Below are positions 1-10,567 of a DNA stretch of 64,000 nucleotides, piece by piece. The stretch lies in IMG/VR virus record IMGVR_UViG_2681813318_000003; one strand, given 5' to 3'. The notes beneath the pieces were generated by a model. That model made no database searches and had not been told where the DNA came from. It was given only the letters and a program-made list of their open reading frames with translations. Every line of letters starts with the position of its first letter. Positions within the stretch are counted from its first letter, which is position 1. The translations under genes and the position numbers were made by a program. Source of the DNA: a virus (Duplodnaviria; Heunggongvirae; Uroviricota; Caudoviricetes).

Positions 1-734
1 CAATGCAGAGCTTCATCACGGGCAATAAAGCGCATAATTTTGGTGTTGCCCTCAAGCAACTTCCGTTCGCCAAAGGCAAACGTACATGCAAAACTTACAT
101 AGAAACGGATCGCCTCAAGCGCATTAATGGACACCAACGTGCGGAAAAGCTGACGGTGCAAAGGGTATGGCTCCCAGCCATATTCATTTACGTACAGACG
201 TTCAAACTCTTTCTCACCTAACGACTGGCGCTCGCAGGTCATCCCATAAAGCCTGTCATATTCAGCAGAGATACTGATCGCTCGGTTGATGATTTCTTCA
301 TCCGTAACAATACCGTTAAAAACAATGCTCGGATCGTCCACCATGCCACGAATAATGTGGGTGTAGCTGCGGCTATGGATAGTCTCAGAGAAAGACCATG
401 TTTCAACCCACGTTTCCAGTTCAGGAATAGAGATAAGCGGCAGCAGCGTTGCATTTGGGCTACGTCCCTGAACTGAATCGAGTAACGTTTGATAACGGAG
501 ATTGCTCAGAAAAATGTGACGTTCGTGGTCCCGCAGCTTCGTGTTGAAGTCGATACGATCGCTCGAAATATCAACTTCTTCCGGCCGCCAGAAGAAAGAC
601 AATTGACGTTCAATCAACTTTTCAAAATCACGGTATTTTTGCTGATCGTAACGTGCCACGTTGACAGATTGTCCGAGGAACATAGGCTCTTTGGTTGCAT
701 CATTAGCACCCAAACGGAACGTTGAATATGACAT
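1..734 (-). CDS. nrdB: ribonucleotide reductase class Ia beta subunit (NrdB), N-terminal portion; 3' end lies beyond window start
   Basis: Manual translation from ATG at 732-734 (minus) gives [34 protein letters not shown]...[11 protein letters not shown]...[18 protein letters not shown]..., colinear with E. coli NrdB as recalled from memory. Absent from ORF track because truncated by window edge. Conserved RBS-start motif upstream. Confidence 0.85.
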   Translation of the reverse strand, partial: MSYSTFRLGANDATKEPMFLGQSVNVARYDQQKYRDFEKLIERQLSFFWRPEEVDISSDRIDFNTKLRDHERHIFLSNLRYQTLLDSVQGRSPNATLLPLISIPELETWVETWSFSETIHSRSYTHIIRGMVDDPSIVFNGIVTDEEIINRAISISAEYDRLYGMTCERQSLGEKEFERLYVNEYGWEPYPLHRQLFRTLVSINALEAIRFYVSFACTFAFGERKLLEGNTKIMRFIARDEALH

Positions 735-838
735 GTGTTTTCCTTTTGCTTATTGATGTGTTTAAACAAGTTGTTATCTTATTTGTTTAAACAAGGTTTA
801 CAAATCAAAGAGAAGGTGGGGATATCCCCCACCATATG

Positions 839-3154
839 TCAGATTTTGCAGGCTCCGTCGCACTCATCTTCTGGCTCGACGGCTACAGCTTGCGTCAGTG
901 GATTCTGCGGTTCGTCGTCATCACGCTTTCCTGCCCCATCTCTGGTGTTGTGGTAGTAAAGCGTTTTAACTCCCATCTTGTAGGCGAGAAGCAAATCTGA
1001 CAGTAGCGTCATCATTGGGACTTTATCGCCTTCAAAGCGAGAAGGGTCATAGTTGGTATTGGCTGAAATAGCCTGGTCAAAGAACTTCTGGATGATCGCC
1101 ACCTTTGTCAGATAGCCGCGGTTGTCCGGCATATCCCACAGGTATTCATACTGTTCCTTCAGTTTTTCAAACTCAGGCACGACCATCTTAACGATGCCGT
1201 CCTTAGAAGATTTCACCGACACCGGGCCACGAGGCGGTTCGATGCCGTTGGTGGAATTAGTGATCTGGCTGGAAGTCTCGCATGGCATTTGTGCCGTCAG
1301 TGTGGAGTTGCGAAGGCCGTATTTTGCAATACGTTCACGCAGTTCTTCCCACGGCATCTTTAACTCAAAGTTGGTTTCGCCACTTTCGTCTAATGAAGAA
1401 CGGTAATGGTCGATCGGCAACTGACCAATTGCGTACTTGGTCTGCTCAAACCAGTCACACTCACCTTTTGCTTCAGCAAGTCGGCAGCTGGCATCAAGAA
1501 GGTAATACTGGATAGCTTCGAACGTTTCATGCACCAGTTTATTGCCAGCGGTATCAGAATAACGAACGCCATTCTTTGCCAGGTAATAAGCAAAGTTGGT
1601 TACACCAATTCCCAAGCTACGACGAGCTTTGGCAGGCACTGCGGCTGCCTCCATCGGATAGTCTTGATAATCCAGTAACGAATCCAGTGCAGCAACGGCA
1701 TAGAACGCCACCTCTTTAAGAGACTCCAGTGAACGGATGGCTCCGAGGTTAAAAGCGGATAAAGTGCATAGCGCGATCTCACCGTTCGGGTCGTCGGTAA
1801 ATGCCAGTGGACGAGTGGGTAGAGTGATCTCCATGCACAGGTTTGACTGGCGGACAGGTGCAAGAGCAGGAATGAAAGCGCCATGCTCATTAATATGATC
1901 GACGTTCGCAATATAAATTCGGCCCGTGGACGCTCGTTCCTGCATCAGAGATGAGAACAGCTCAATGGCAGACACTGACTTCTTGCGAATTGAATCATCG
2001 GCTTCGTATTTATGGTACAGCTTTTCAAACAGATCCTGGTCTGTGAAGAAGGCTTCGTACATATCAGGCACATCATGCGGGCTGAACAGAGTGATGTTCT
2101 CGCTTCTGACGAGTCGACGGTACATTAGACGGTTACTCATGACGCCGTAATCAAGATGGCGAACGCGGTTTTCATCAATACCACGGTTATTTTTCACCAC
2201 CAGCAGACTTTCAACTTCAAGATGCCAGATCGGGTAAAACGCTGTTGCTGCGCCACCACGAACACCACCTTGCGAACAAGATTTAACAGCCGTCTGGAAA
2301 TGCTTCAGGAATGGAATAACTCCGGTATGGGTGGCTTCACCATTGCGGATCTCGCTGCCCAGCGCACGGATACGGCCAAAACCAATACCAATTCCAGCAC
2401 GACGTGAAACGTAGTCGATAATTGCGGCTGAAGCTGCACTAATCCCTTTCAGACTATCGCCAGACTCAATCAGCACACAACTGGAGAACTGACGGGTTGG
2501 AGTACGGACGCCGGCCATGATTGGTGTGGGCAGAGACAGTTTGAACGTACTTGTAACGTCATAGAAACCTTTGACCATCTCCATACGTGTTTTACCAGCG
2601 CAGTCGTCTTCCCAATTCTGGAACAGACACATGCCTACCAGCATATAGATATGTTGCGGCCCCTCATGAATCTCACCAGTAACACGGTTTTGAACGAGGT
2701 ATTTGCTTTGCAACTGCACCGTAGCTGCATAGCCAAAAAGATCGTCACGTTTCGGCTTAATGTAATTGCCGAGTTCTTCGATCTCTTCAAACGAATAATG
2801 TGTCAGCAAATCCTTGTCATAAACGCCCTTGTTAACGTTCTTGACAATGTGTTGGTAGAAGTTCGGATAGTCGTAACGACCGAAGGCATCTTTGCGGATT
2901 TTAAAAATGTTCAGGCGGGCAGCCACCTGTGAGTAATTTGGTGCTTCTGGTGAGATCAAATCAGCGGCAGATTTAACCAAAGCCTCATGCAACTGGCTGG
3001 TGGTAATCCCATCAAAAATGCTGGCCGCAGCTCCCATTGCTACAGCGGATGCGCTTACACCACGAATGCCTTCTACGCCATACATTACGACGCGGTTGTA
3101 TTTTTCTTCGGATAACGGCTCTGTTTGGCCGTTACGTTTTACGATGCTTATCAT
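839..3154 (-). CDS. nrdA: ribonucleotide reductase class Ia alpha subunit (NrdA)
   Basis: 771 aa; N-terminal ATP-cone, catalytic motifs (SLPTPIMAGVRTPTRQFSSCVLIE, CSQGGVRGGAAT, NLCMEI, GLRNSTL) and C-terminal CxxxxC tail (CDGACKI), as in E. coli NrdA. Confidence 0.93.
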   Translation of the reverse strand: MISIVKRNGQTEPLSEEKYNRVVMYGVEGIRGVSASAVAMGAAASIFDGITTSQLHEALVKSAADLISPEAPNYSQVAARLNIFKIRKDAFGRYDYPNFYQHIVKNVNKGVYDKDLLTHYSFEEIEELGNYIKPKRDDLFGYAATVQLQSKYLVQNRVTGEIHEGPQHIYMLVGMCLFQNWEDDCAGKTRMEMVKGFYDVTSTFKLSLPTPIMAGVRTPTRQFSSCVLIESGDSLKGISAASAAIIDYVSRRAGIGIGFGRIRALGSEIRNGEATHTGVIPFLKHFQTAVKSCSQGGVRGGAATAFYPIWHLEVESLLVVKNNRGIDENRVRHLDYGVMSNRLMYRRLVRSENITLFSPHDVPDMYEAFFTDQDLFEKLYHKYEADDSIRKKSVSAIELFSSLMQERASTGRIYIANVDHINEHGAFIPALAPVRQSNLCMEITLPTRPLAFTDDPNGEIALCTLSAFNLGAIRSLESLKEVAFYAVAALDSLLDYQDYPMEAAAVPAKARRSLGIGVTNFAYYLAKNGVRYSDTAGNKLVHETFEAIQYYLLDASCRLAEAKGECDWFEQTKYAIGQLPIDHYRSSLDESGETNFELKMPWEELRERIAKYGLRNSTLTAQMPCETSSQITNSTNGIEPPRGPVSVKSSKDGIVKMVVPEFEKLKEQYEYLWDMPDNRGYLTKVAIIQKFFDQAISANTNYDPSRFEGDKVPMMTLLSDLLLAYKMGVKTLYYHNTRDGAGKRDDDEPQNPLTQAVAVEPEDECDGACKI

Positions 3155-3227
3155 GTATCACCAAATAAAGAGGGCCACTAAATATAGTGGCCCATGTTAA
3201 TAGATAAGCACTTACCTATCAACGAGA

Positions 3228-3797
3228 TCAAATGAGAGACTTGAGAACATCGCGCACCTGGCGAAACTGATCTGTTTGCATACCGGTATGGATGGCAGCC
3301 ACCGCATCAGCCAAATGTTCGTTTTTGTTCACGAGAACATCCTGTCCAGATTGCTTACGACGCAGCCACGGTGCTTTAGGGTGTTTTTTCGTAGCCCACT
3401 GGATAATCTCTTCTTTCGATGTAGTAAGTTTATTGCCGACAAAATGCTTGATTTCGTTTGGAGTAACCTGGATCAATGGCTTATCCACACACGCAAGTAC
3501 ACCGATACAAATACCGTAAGACGTCTGCGAACGAGAGTTTTGGCTCCCAACCGGTAGCTCACAAAAAACCATATTTGCCTTATCAATGATTGGCTTCGCA
3601 ACACGCCATATTTCACTGGCTCGGCGCAGATCGTCACTGTTCACACGAACGGTCTTTTTGTTACTCCCCGCTTTAGTCTCAACAAGAGTAAGGCCGTGAA
3701 TCTCAAGTTCGTCCGTCTCAAGGTCTAAAGTGCCCACAGCAAGCCCAAAGTTGCTCATTGAGGGATCAACACCAACTACGCTGATTTTTTTACTCAT
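3228..3797 (-). CDS. RuvC-like Holliday junction resolvase
   Basis: 189 aa; N-terminal VVGVDPS...FG motif and C-terminal EHLADAVAAI motif typical of the RuvC/RNase H-like fold. Confidence 0.65.
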   Translation of the reverse strand: MSKKISVVGVDPSMSNFGLAVGTLDLETDELEIHGLTLVETKAGSNKKTVRVNSDDLRRASEIWRVAKPIIDKANMVFCELPVGSQNSRSQTSYGICIGVLACVDKPLIQVTPNEIKHFVGNKLTTSKEEIIQWATKKHPKAPWLRRKQSGQDVLVNKNEHLADAVAAIHTGMQTDQFRQVRDVLKSLI

Positions 3798-3806
3798 ATA
3801 GTCTCC

Positions 3807-4550
3807 TTACCATGTTCCCCATATAGGGTTTTCCAATAATCTCGCCTCCAACGAATTGGCTACTATTGCCGTTTGCAACGTTGGTTGGGGATAGTTTGCA
3901 AAGTCTGAATACTCATTTTCCTGCGTGACACGTTTATCTGCGGCATGTTTAACACCACTTGCTATGAAATGACGCATGATGCCCAACAGCCTCCGACTGT
4001 CTGCACTATCGTTTGCTAAAACATGAGGGAGCTGAAGTTCGATTTCTACCATTTCTCCATACTTACCAACAAACTGTAGTTTGTCCGCACTGTACTTTTT
4101 ATCCCTCCTTTGGATAAGGAAACCAGTAAAAGCATCACCTGGCGATGCCAAACTATCCGCCCGCTTATTGGCAAGTCGAATAAGGTTCGTGAAAGCCATA
4201 CAGAGATGCGCATCCATTGCCCCAAAGAACCCTTCGCTATTAATGTTAAGATCTTCAGTTTCATGGGTTGCGATAAACCCAGGTCCGACGTTGGGAAGAT
4301 ATCCCCCCTCAACAAAAGGATTAATCAAGATCGGCGCAATACATCCAGACGGCAGTGATTCCAAACTTTGCATCAATGGTGTCTCGGATATTAGACCAAG
4401 CAACGGGGCGAATTGTGCTTTGTCAATATTATTGCTGCCCCACAGAATACGTGGAGCCGCACTATTGGAAGTATGCCCATTGATCAGTTTTATCGACTGC
4501 ATCACTGCAAACACCTGCAAAAACTGCGAGCGGCTTAATTTAAACGACAT
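3807..4550 (-). CDS. hypothetical protein
   Basis: 247 aa ORF; start overlaps the 3' end of the upstream SbcC-like gene (operon-like packing). No recognised motif. Confidence 0.6.
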   Translation of the reverse strand: MSFKLSRSQFLQVFAVMQSIKLINGHTSNSAAPRILWGSNNIDKAQFAPLLGLISETPLMQSLESLPSGCIAPILINPFVEGGYLPNVGPGFIATHETEDLNINSEGFFGAMDAHLCMAFTNLIRLANKRADSLASPGDAFTGFLIQRRDKKYSADKLQFVGKYGEMVEIELQLPHVLANDSADSRRLLGIMRHFIASGVKHAADKRVTQENEYSDFANYPQPTLQTAIVANSLEARLLENPIWGTW

Positions 4551-6456
4551 AGCTGCGCCCCTCTTTAACTTCCAGCGTAATAGTTTCGCGGAACCATGAC
4601 TTCATCTCTTTATGGGAGATAATCAGCACAGTGCCCCGTTCGCGAGCTTTGGACTCCAGAATACCCATGAGGCGTTCAAGACCGGCTGTATCGAGTGCAT
4701 CGTCAATTTCGTCGCCGATAAACAAATCGATGTTTTTACTCGCCCGGTTACTAACCAGATCCTGCAATGCCAAAGAACACGCAATGCGAACCTTCCGCTT
4801 CTCACCACCAGAGAGGGTCTGGAACGACTTACTTGAACCTTTCTTCTGCACACTAATGTTGAATTTGTCGCGATACTCACCTTTTTTAGTGACATCCATC
4901 GTCGACCACTCAGCAGTAATATTCCCGTCAGACAACGTATTGAGATACTCGGCTGTGCGTGTATTCAGGAAAGGCGTAACAGACGTCAAAATATGAGAAC
5001 GCACCCCGGCAGGAGAGTAGACCTGACGAGCTTTTTCCAATAGCAACGTTTGTTCCTGAATAGCCTTCAACTCATCTTTTAAGGACTTGAAGGTAGACTT
5101 ACTGGATACCAGGTTATCTTCGTGTCTGGCGATAAGAGCAATAAACGGATTAATCTCTTTTGATATACGATCGACCTCAGTACGAGCACGAGTAACAAGA
5201 GACTCAATAGCAACAACCTCCTTCTCACGATGACGCAAAGATGAGAGTTGTTTAGTAAGTTCTTCAATCCGGGCAATGATAGCCGTTACATCAGGTGTCG
5301 TTTTAACAAGGGCAGACTCAATGCTTAACGCCTTCTCAAGATTCGTTTTGTGTTTAGCCATTGCCTCTGCAAGTGTCTTCGCCTGACCAATTTCCTGACG
5401 TGCTTGTTCAATGAAATTCTCCTTCACCGTTGATAGATCTTTTTCGCAGTAGGCTTTGCCACAAGTAGGGCATGGTGATCCTACTTTAGTACCAACCTCT
5501 TCTGCTTTGGTCTTAAAATTGCGCGCGCGGCTCATTGCATCAGCCTGACTATTTTCTGTAGCTTTGATGCTTGCCCGAATATCAGTTATCGCTCCACGCA
5601 CTTTGAGCAACTTGGCGTCATGTTCTTCTTTTGAGGCTAACTTTTTGCGCTCACTTTCGATTGCCTTCTCGGTATCACAGATCTGTTCGGGAAGAGTGCG
5701 GATCTCAAGTTCAACTTCTGTTAACTCAACTTCGGCACTTGCCAGCCCAGCCAGGGCATCGTCATAACGTTTAGAACGCTCTTGTTCCCATGATTCAGAG
5801 GAGGCTTTCGCGGACTCAATTTCTGACTGTGTTGCCTCAATGGTCGAGATTGTCGACTCCAATTTGGTTTTAACCACGTCCATACGTGCGGCAGCTGCGT
5901 TAGCTCGTTCACGAGCAATAGCGTAGGCGCGTGTCAGTCTGTCAACGCCAGCGGCTTCTTCTACGATGGTTTTGAGGTTTTTGTCGGACATTCCAGGTAG
6001 ATCTGGCATAGCTTCTTGGCTTGCATAGATGGAAGCCATGAAAACCTCTTTAGATGCACCGATCAGACGTTCGACGAACTCTTGCGTCAGCGCATCTTTG
6101 CCTTTCGTCATATCGCCGTCTTCACCACGAACGATAAGCCGATTTTTGAACTCTTTGTGTTTACGGTGACGAATGATCGCATATCTCTTGCCTTCATCCT
6201 CGATGGTTACTGCAACACGACAGTTCTTTTCATGGTCGGTAGACAACACATCGTCCCCCTTCACACCATGAGCTGTTTCACCATAAAGACACCACATCAG
6301 GCTATTCATTAGAGTTGACTTTCCAGAGCCATTACTTGATGCGGAACTATCATCACTATTAACGCCCTGAATTAACACTAAACCACGCTGATCTAACTCG
6401 ACCTCCGCGCTGGCGATAGCCATAAAATTCTCAACCTGGAGTTTTAAAAACTTCAT
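4540..6456 (-). CDS. sbcC: SbcC/Rad50-like DNA repair ATPase
   Basis: 638 aa; Walker A GSGKST near N-terminus, long coiled-coil with central CPTCGK zinc-hook-like CxxC, C-terminal signature and Walker B (DEIDDALD). Confidence 0.85.
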   Translation of the reverse strand: MKFLKLQVENFMAIASAEVELDQRGLVLIQGVNSDDSSASSNGSGKSTLMNSLMWCLYGETAHGVKGDDVLSTDHEKNCRVAVTIEDEGKRYAIIRHRKHKEFKNRLIVRGEDGDMTKGKDALTQEFVERLIGASKEVFMASIYASQEAMPDLPGMSDKNLKTIVEEAAGVDRLTRAYAIARERANAAAARMDVVKTKLESTISTIEATQSEIESAKASSESWEQERSKRYDDALAGLASAEVELTEVELEIRTLPEQICDTEKAIESERKKLASKEEHDAKLLKVRGAITDIRASIKATENSQADAMSRARNFKTKAEEVGTKVGSPCPTCGKAYCEKDLSTVKENFIEQARQEIGQAKTLAEAMAKHKTNLEKALSIESALVKTTPDVTAIIARIEELTKQLSSLRHREKEVVAIESLVTRARTEVDRISKEINPFIALIARHEDNLVSSKSTFKSLKDELKAIQEQTLLLEKARQVYSPAGVRSHILTSVTPFLNTRTAEYLNTLSDGNITAEWSTMDVTKKGEYRDKFNISVQKKGSSKSFQTLSGGEKRKVRIACSLALQDLVSNRASKNIDLFIGDEIDDALDTAGLERLMGILESKARERGTVLIISHKEMKSWFRETITLEVKEGRSYVV

Positions 6457-6685
6457 ATAACACCTTTGATACCGTGTGTTAGCTTTTGACCTTCTTTCAA
6501 TCTGAACTCCGTATGCGCCGGGAAGGATCTGCGCCTCAATACGCCTTTTCTGGTTAACCTTCCAAGATAAAACGCTACGGGATTTCCTTGTGGCGGGTAG
6601 GGCTTGTGAAACATCACCGTCTGGCCTCGTTCAAGTCTTTTCATCGTGATGGCAAAGTCTCGAAAGCTCCCATAACGACTTTGCC

Positions 6686-7771
6686 TCACACAGCCTCCGA
6701 ACTCTCCGCTTCGGTGAGGATTTCCTGACACAAAATATCCAACTTGCTCAGATCAAATCCGCCGTCAGTATCGTGGACAATCTTGCAATAAGCAGATACC
6801 GACTCTCCCAGGCTATCGATTTTGCTGGTTTCCGTTGTGCTTGCTGTCCCTTCCATCATTGATGACTTACGGATGAAGTTGCACACAACACCTTTTGCAC
6901 CCATTGTTTTGAGGATGTTCTGGTACTTAATGCCTTCTTCGTCGTTCTCGATTACGGCGCGGAAACGCACGTAGTTGCCGCGAATTTGGTCATCAGCAAC
7001 ATAATCTTCCAGGTTAATGAATTTAGGCGCACTGGTTTCGTAGTGACTGAAACTGCCGTCCGGGTTTACGATCATGTAACCAGCCAGAGATCCAACATCT
7101 CCCCAATTTTGATGGGTCAGTGCACCGACACTGATAACTCCAGGAATGACCTCTTTGTGGTTGTGGTAATGCCCACTAAGCACGAGACGAAAGCCGATAT
7201 CCTTTAACTCCTGCGCATCGATACCGACGTCAGGCATTGTTGGAATGGCTTTGTTAATGGATGTATGGATAACAACATCATGATTATCACCTTCTACGCT
7301 CTTACGTAATGCTTTCAGATCGCTGATAAGCTCTGCATGATTGTTACGCCAGCTAATCAGGTGGACAGTCACATCACCAATTTTTATTGAGTGTGGGCGC
7401 TTGCCACATACGATTACCACGCCGATAGAACTCAGCGATGCTGCTGCGTTGGCGCTATATACTGAATCGTTGGTTTCAAGATCGTGATTACCGGCCAGCA
7501 TTACTACTGTCAGATCAAGCTCGTTGATAATCCACTTGTACGTTTCAGTTACGTAATGCAAAACAGAAGGGGACACAGTTCCTCGGACGTGAAATGTATC
7601 ACCGGCAACCAACATGTACTTACAACCGGCCTTCTTCATGGCGATGGCTGCTTCTTTCGTTGCTTCCAACTGTATTTCAAGTCTGGAGTTAAGCCCCTCA
7701 GCGTTCGTCGTGGAGAACGCATCCCATTTGTGGTAGTGGCAGTCAGAAATGACGCCGTATGGCAAAGTCAT
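6686..7771 (-). CDS. sbcD: SbcD/Mre11-like nuclease (calcineurin-like phosphoesterase)
   Basis: Phosphoesterase motifs (DCHYH, GDTFH, GNHD). Start placed at the internal ATG (7769-7771) preceded by the conserved AAAGGAAAAACAC RBS motif, rather than the track start at 7801. Confidence 0.85.
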   Translation of the reverse strand: MTLPYGVISDCHYHKWDAFSTTNAEGLNSRLEIQLEATKEAAIAMKKAGCKYMLVAGDTFHVRGTVSPSVLHYVTETYKWIINELDLTVVMLAGNHDLETNDSVYSANAAASLSSIGVVIVCGKRPHSIKIGDVTVHLISWRNNHAELISDLKALRKSVEGDNHDVVIHTSINKAIPTMPDVGIDAQELKDIGFRLVLSGHYHNHKEVIPGVISVGALTHQNWGDVGSLAGYMIVNPDGSFSHYETSAPKFINLEDYVADDQIRGNYVRFRAVIENDEEGIKYQNILKTMGAKGVVCNFIRKSSMMEGTASTTETSKIDSLGESVSAYCKIVHDTDGGFDLSKLDILCQEILTEAESSEAV

Positions 7772-8092
7772 GTGTTTTTCCTTTGTGGTTATTTGATACA
7801 AATCTTAAGCTTGCTCGAGAGGTGAGCAACCAAGACAGCACGGCACAGAAGAACATCAACAGGCATAGTATTACAAAATAAATAGGTAAGTGAATACCTA
7901 CCAAAATTGTTGAATGGATTGCTTACAAGGCGGCTAGAGTTTCATTGAAGTGCTTAGATGTATATGGTAGGCAAAAGTCTCATCGTTACATATGAATGAA
8001 CTATCTCATGGGTCATGTATCATTTGATATTTTTATTATCAACAATTACTGTATAAGAGGAATTTTCCAAATTGAAAAAGGATTGATTATCA

Positions 8093-8350
8093 ATGGCTAT
8101 TGATGAAAGAAATATTGTTGTTGGTGGATTGTACAAGACCCATACGAATCAAGAACGGGTCGTTCTAGAAATAAAAGATGATGAAGTGAAATACGCTCCT
8201 CGAGGTGGAAATGTAGAAAATAAATTTGACCATATGCAAAAAGCCAAATTGATCACATTTGCAGGAGCATGTTCAGAAAAAATTAAAGATTTACCCTCCG
8301 ATGAATTTAATAAAATTCGACAACTATTTGTGGATAGAAAACTTATTTAA
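8093..8350 (+). CDS. hypothetical small protein
   Basis: 85 aa; AAGGA RBS about 8 nt upstream; followed by hairpin and T-run terminator at 8442-8471; plus-strand island. Confidence 0.55.
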   Translation: MAIDERNIVVGGLYKTHTNQERVVLEIKDDEVKYAPRGGNVENKFDHMQKAKLITFAGACSEKIKDLPSDEFNKIRQLFVDRKLI

Positions 8351-8441
8351 ATAGTTGTATTAGTTTTGAGGGTTTGTCTCTTAAAGGATTACCATTACTT
8401 GGATGAGTAAATTTTAAACAGGAAAAGTTCTAAAAGCCAAT

Positions 8442-8471
8442 GAGCGCCTATGTAACGAGCGCTCTTTTTTT
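8442..8471 (+). terminator. rho-independent terminator (GAGCGC/GCGCTC stem plus T7 run)
   Basis: Stem 8442-8447 / 8459-8464 followed by TTTTTTT at 8465-8471, between convergent genes. Confidence 0.55.
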
Positions 8472-8497
8472 GTTTGTGGATGGGCCTACTAAACCAT

Positions 8498-9151
8498 TTA
8501 AATCGTGTCGGAGGGCTTTTTACGCGCGTTACGCGCTGCGTTTATGCTTATGACGCCAGCTTTTGGACGTGGGTCAACAAGGTTAAGCTCTTCTTCACTG
8601 TGGTATTCGAGGTCGAACTCACGTTTTACATGTCTGATGTAGATTGCGGTGAGCAGGCTATCTTTGGTTAGGAAGTGTCCGTAGGATTTGCGGATCACTT
8701 CTTCTACCTTCTCGATTTTCTCACCCCCCATACAGAGATGATTAAACCGGCTGTGTTTTCGCAACATTTCGTCTACTGGACCTGAGTAAACCTTGTCTAC
8801 TTTCCCAAAACGGATGATTTTCCCTGTGTCTGCGGATACAAGGCAAATCAGCTTGTCTGGTGATAAACGATCTCGCCACGTCACACCTGAACGGAGTGTG
8901 TTGAAGTAGGGGGCATCCAATCCGATGATCGGTTTACGAAATGCGAGCAATGGAACGTACCTGATGCAACTGTTTAAATGAAAATTCACACCAGCCTTAT
9001 CAAGTTTAATTCTGGTTTCGTAGATCGGGCACTTCGCCGCTATACCGCAGATGTCACAAAGCAACTTCTGCTTATTCAGGTTGGAATTTGATTCGATAGT
9101 GTAGGAGCCGTCTTCAAGACGACGAACCCAGCGCGTGCGTTTTAGATCCAT
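8498..9151 (-). CDS. hypothetical protein (Cys-containing)
   Basis: 217 aa ORF ending just before the origin region; CDICG...C cluster; no confident family assignment. Confidence 0.55.
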   Translation of the reverse strand: MDLKRTRWVRRLEDGSYTIESNSNLNKQKLLCDICGIAAKCPIYETRIKLDKAGVNFHLNSCIRYVPLLAFRKPIIGLDAPYFNTLRSGVTWRDRLSPDKLICLVSADTGKIIRFGKVDKVYSGPVDEMLRKHSRFNHLCMGGEKIEKVEEVIRKSYGHFLTKDSLLTAIYIRHVKREFDLEYHSEEELNLVDPRPKAGVISINAARNARKKPSDTI

Positions 9152-9227
9152 ATGTCATTTTTCTGTGATTGTTAGCCGAGGCAACGATAACCCACCAGGT
9201 GCGCCGAAGGTAGTAAATGCCTGTTTT

Positions 9228-9310
9228 AATTATTCACATATCCACAGGATAGATCCTAATAAAGAGATCCATAGATAGATCCTTGTATAGATCAAATAAG
9301 ATCCCCGATC
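9228..9310. promoter_or_regulatory. origin-like region: two tandem DnaA boxes plus six clustered GATC sites in heptamer repeats
   Basis: TTATTCACA (9230-9238) and ATATCCACA (9238-9246) match the DnaA box consensus TTATNCACA. GATC at 9252, 9266, 9278, 9290, 9300, 9307 within (T/A)AGATCC repeats spaced about 12 bp. Confidence 0.7.
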
Positions 9311-9350
9311 GCTGTAAGCCGCGCCACGACTGGTCTGAAGCCATGTTCAT

Positions 9351-9457
9351 GTATGCTACCAGCGGTAATTGATAGTCTGTCAACGGTTCGCCGTATGCTG
9401 CCAACTGTTTTTGGTATGCTGCCAGCGGCAAATCAAGTATGCTGTCAGCGGTTGAAT
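9351..9457 (+). repeat. upstream iteron set (4-5 direct repeats, consensus GTATGCTGYCAGCGGT)
   Basis: Copies at 9351-9368, 9392-9409 (degenerate), 9414-9432, 9438-9457, plus a partial copy at 9375-9388; immediately precede the rep start. Confidence 0.8.
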
Positions 9458-9472
9458 GACAAAGGTGTCCAC

Positions 9473-10567
9473 ATGTCCACAAAAAATAAAAAAGGTAAAA
9501 ATAACAAAGAAGTAGAAGATAATCTCGACAACTTTGAAGAAGGTTCCCTTGAATTGTACACAGGGGAACTTGTCCCTAATAGCAACAATACAGTCCAACC
9601 AATTGCGTTGATGCGGCTGGGGTTGTTCGTGCCCACGCTCAAGGGGACAAAATACAGCAAGCGTAACAAGCCAAATGAGATCGATGCTTCAAAGGAGCTT
9701 GTTCAGCTCGAAGTAGCCCGTTCTGAAGGTTATTCCGATATCAAGATAACCGGTCCTCGTCTCGACATGGATCATGATTTCAAAACGTGGGTGGGCGTTG
9801 TGCGTTCGCTGGCAGAATACGGCGAACCTAACGGTCGTGTCGAGTTAAGCATCACGAAATTTGCGAAGTTTTGTGGCTATCCATCGTCACAGATCCGCAA
9901 AACACTCCGCGACCGGCTTACAAACAGTCTTTTGAAGATCATGCGTACAACTCTGTCTTTTCAGAGAACGTATGAAGAAAAGAACGTCGACGGCTCTAAC
10001 AAGATCTCGCTTCTGATGGTGCACCTCATCAATAGCGTGGACTACAACGAGCAGAAAGATACGGTGGTGTTCTATGCAGAACCGAAGCTGGCCGAACTAT
10101 ATCGCTTTGACCATAAGGTTCTTTTGCAGTTAAAGGTTATCAATAAGCTACCACGCAAAGAAACAGCACAGGCTCTGTACACCTTCATCGAAAGTCTTCC
10201 AACCAAGCCTGCGCCGGTATCGCTTGCTCGATTACGTGCGCGACTCAATTTGAGTAGCAGGAATGTCAGCTCGCAGAATCAGACTATACGTAACGGCTTA
10301 AAAGCTCTCCAAGATTTGGGCTATCTCGAATACAGCGAGATTAAGCGAGGGCGGTCGATCTATATCCAGATTCACAGCCGCAATCCAAAACTCAAAGTCG
10401 CACCGCCAAAACCTGAAGACATCGAACCCAAAAAACCAGATGAGAAAGCTGGGGAAATTGATGCCAAACAGAACATTATCAACAAGATAACCGAACTTTC
10501 GCAGAATTTGACGCCTGAAAATATCAAGATGATTGAGATCCTTTCCAATAGTCTCAAACTGCTTTGA
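9473..10567 (+). CDS. repA: iteron-binding plasmid-type replication initiator (Rep)
   Basis: Flanked on both sides by iteron arrays (P1 RepA-like layout). Start set at ATG 9473 with AAAGG RBS; the track ORF start at 9353 would translate the iterons. Confidence 0.7.
   Translation: MSTKNKKGKNNKEVEDNLDNFEEGSLELYTGELVPNSNNTVQPIALMRLGLFVPTLKGTKYSKRNKPNEIDASKELVQLEVARSEGYSDIKITGPRLDMDHDFKTWVGVVRSLAEYGEPNGRVELSITKFAKFCGYPSSQIRKTLRDRLTNSLLKIMRTTLSFQRTYEEKNVDGSNKISLLMVHLINSVDYNEQKDTVVFYAEPKLAELYRFDHKVLLQLKVINKLPRKETAQALYTFIESLPTKPAPVSLARLRARLNLSSRNVSSQNQTIRNGLKALQDLGYLEYSEIKRGRSIYIQIHSRNPKLKVAPPKPEDIEPKKPDEKAGEIDAKQNIINKITELSQNLTPENIKMIEILSNSLKLL

Noticed and set aside
3-725. Plus-strand ORFs 3..221 and 489..725
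   Set aside because: They overlap the antisense of the well-supported nrdB reading frame.
1122-3200. Multiple plus-strand ORFs inside nrdA (for example 1122..1406, 2651..2932)
   Set aside because: Antisense to a strongly supported 771-aa NrdA frame.
9234-9669. Track ORFs 9234..9482(-), 9380..9598(-), 9445..9669(-) and the first 40 codons of 9353..10567
   Set aside because: They translate iteron and origin repeats or overlap the rep gene on the opposite strand; no RBS; rep start reassigned to 9473.
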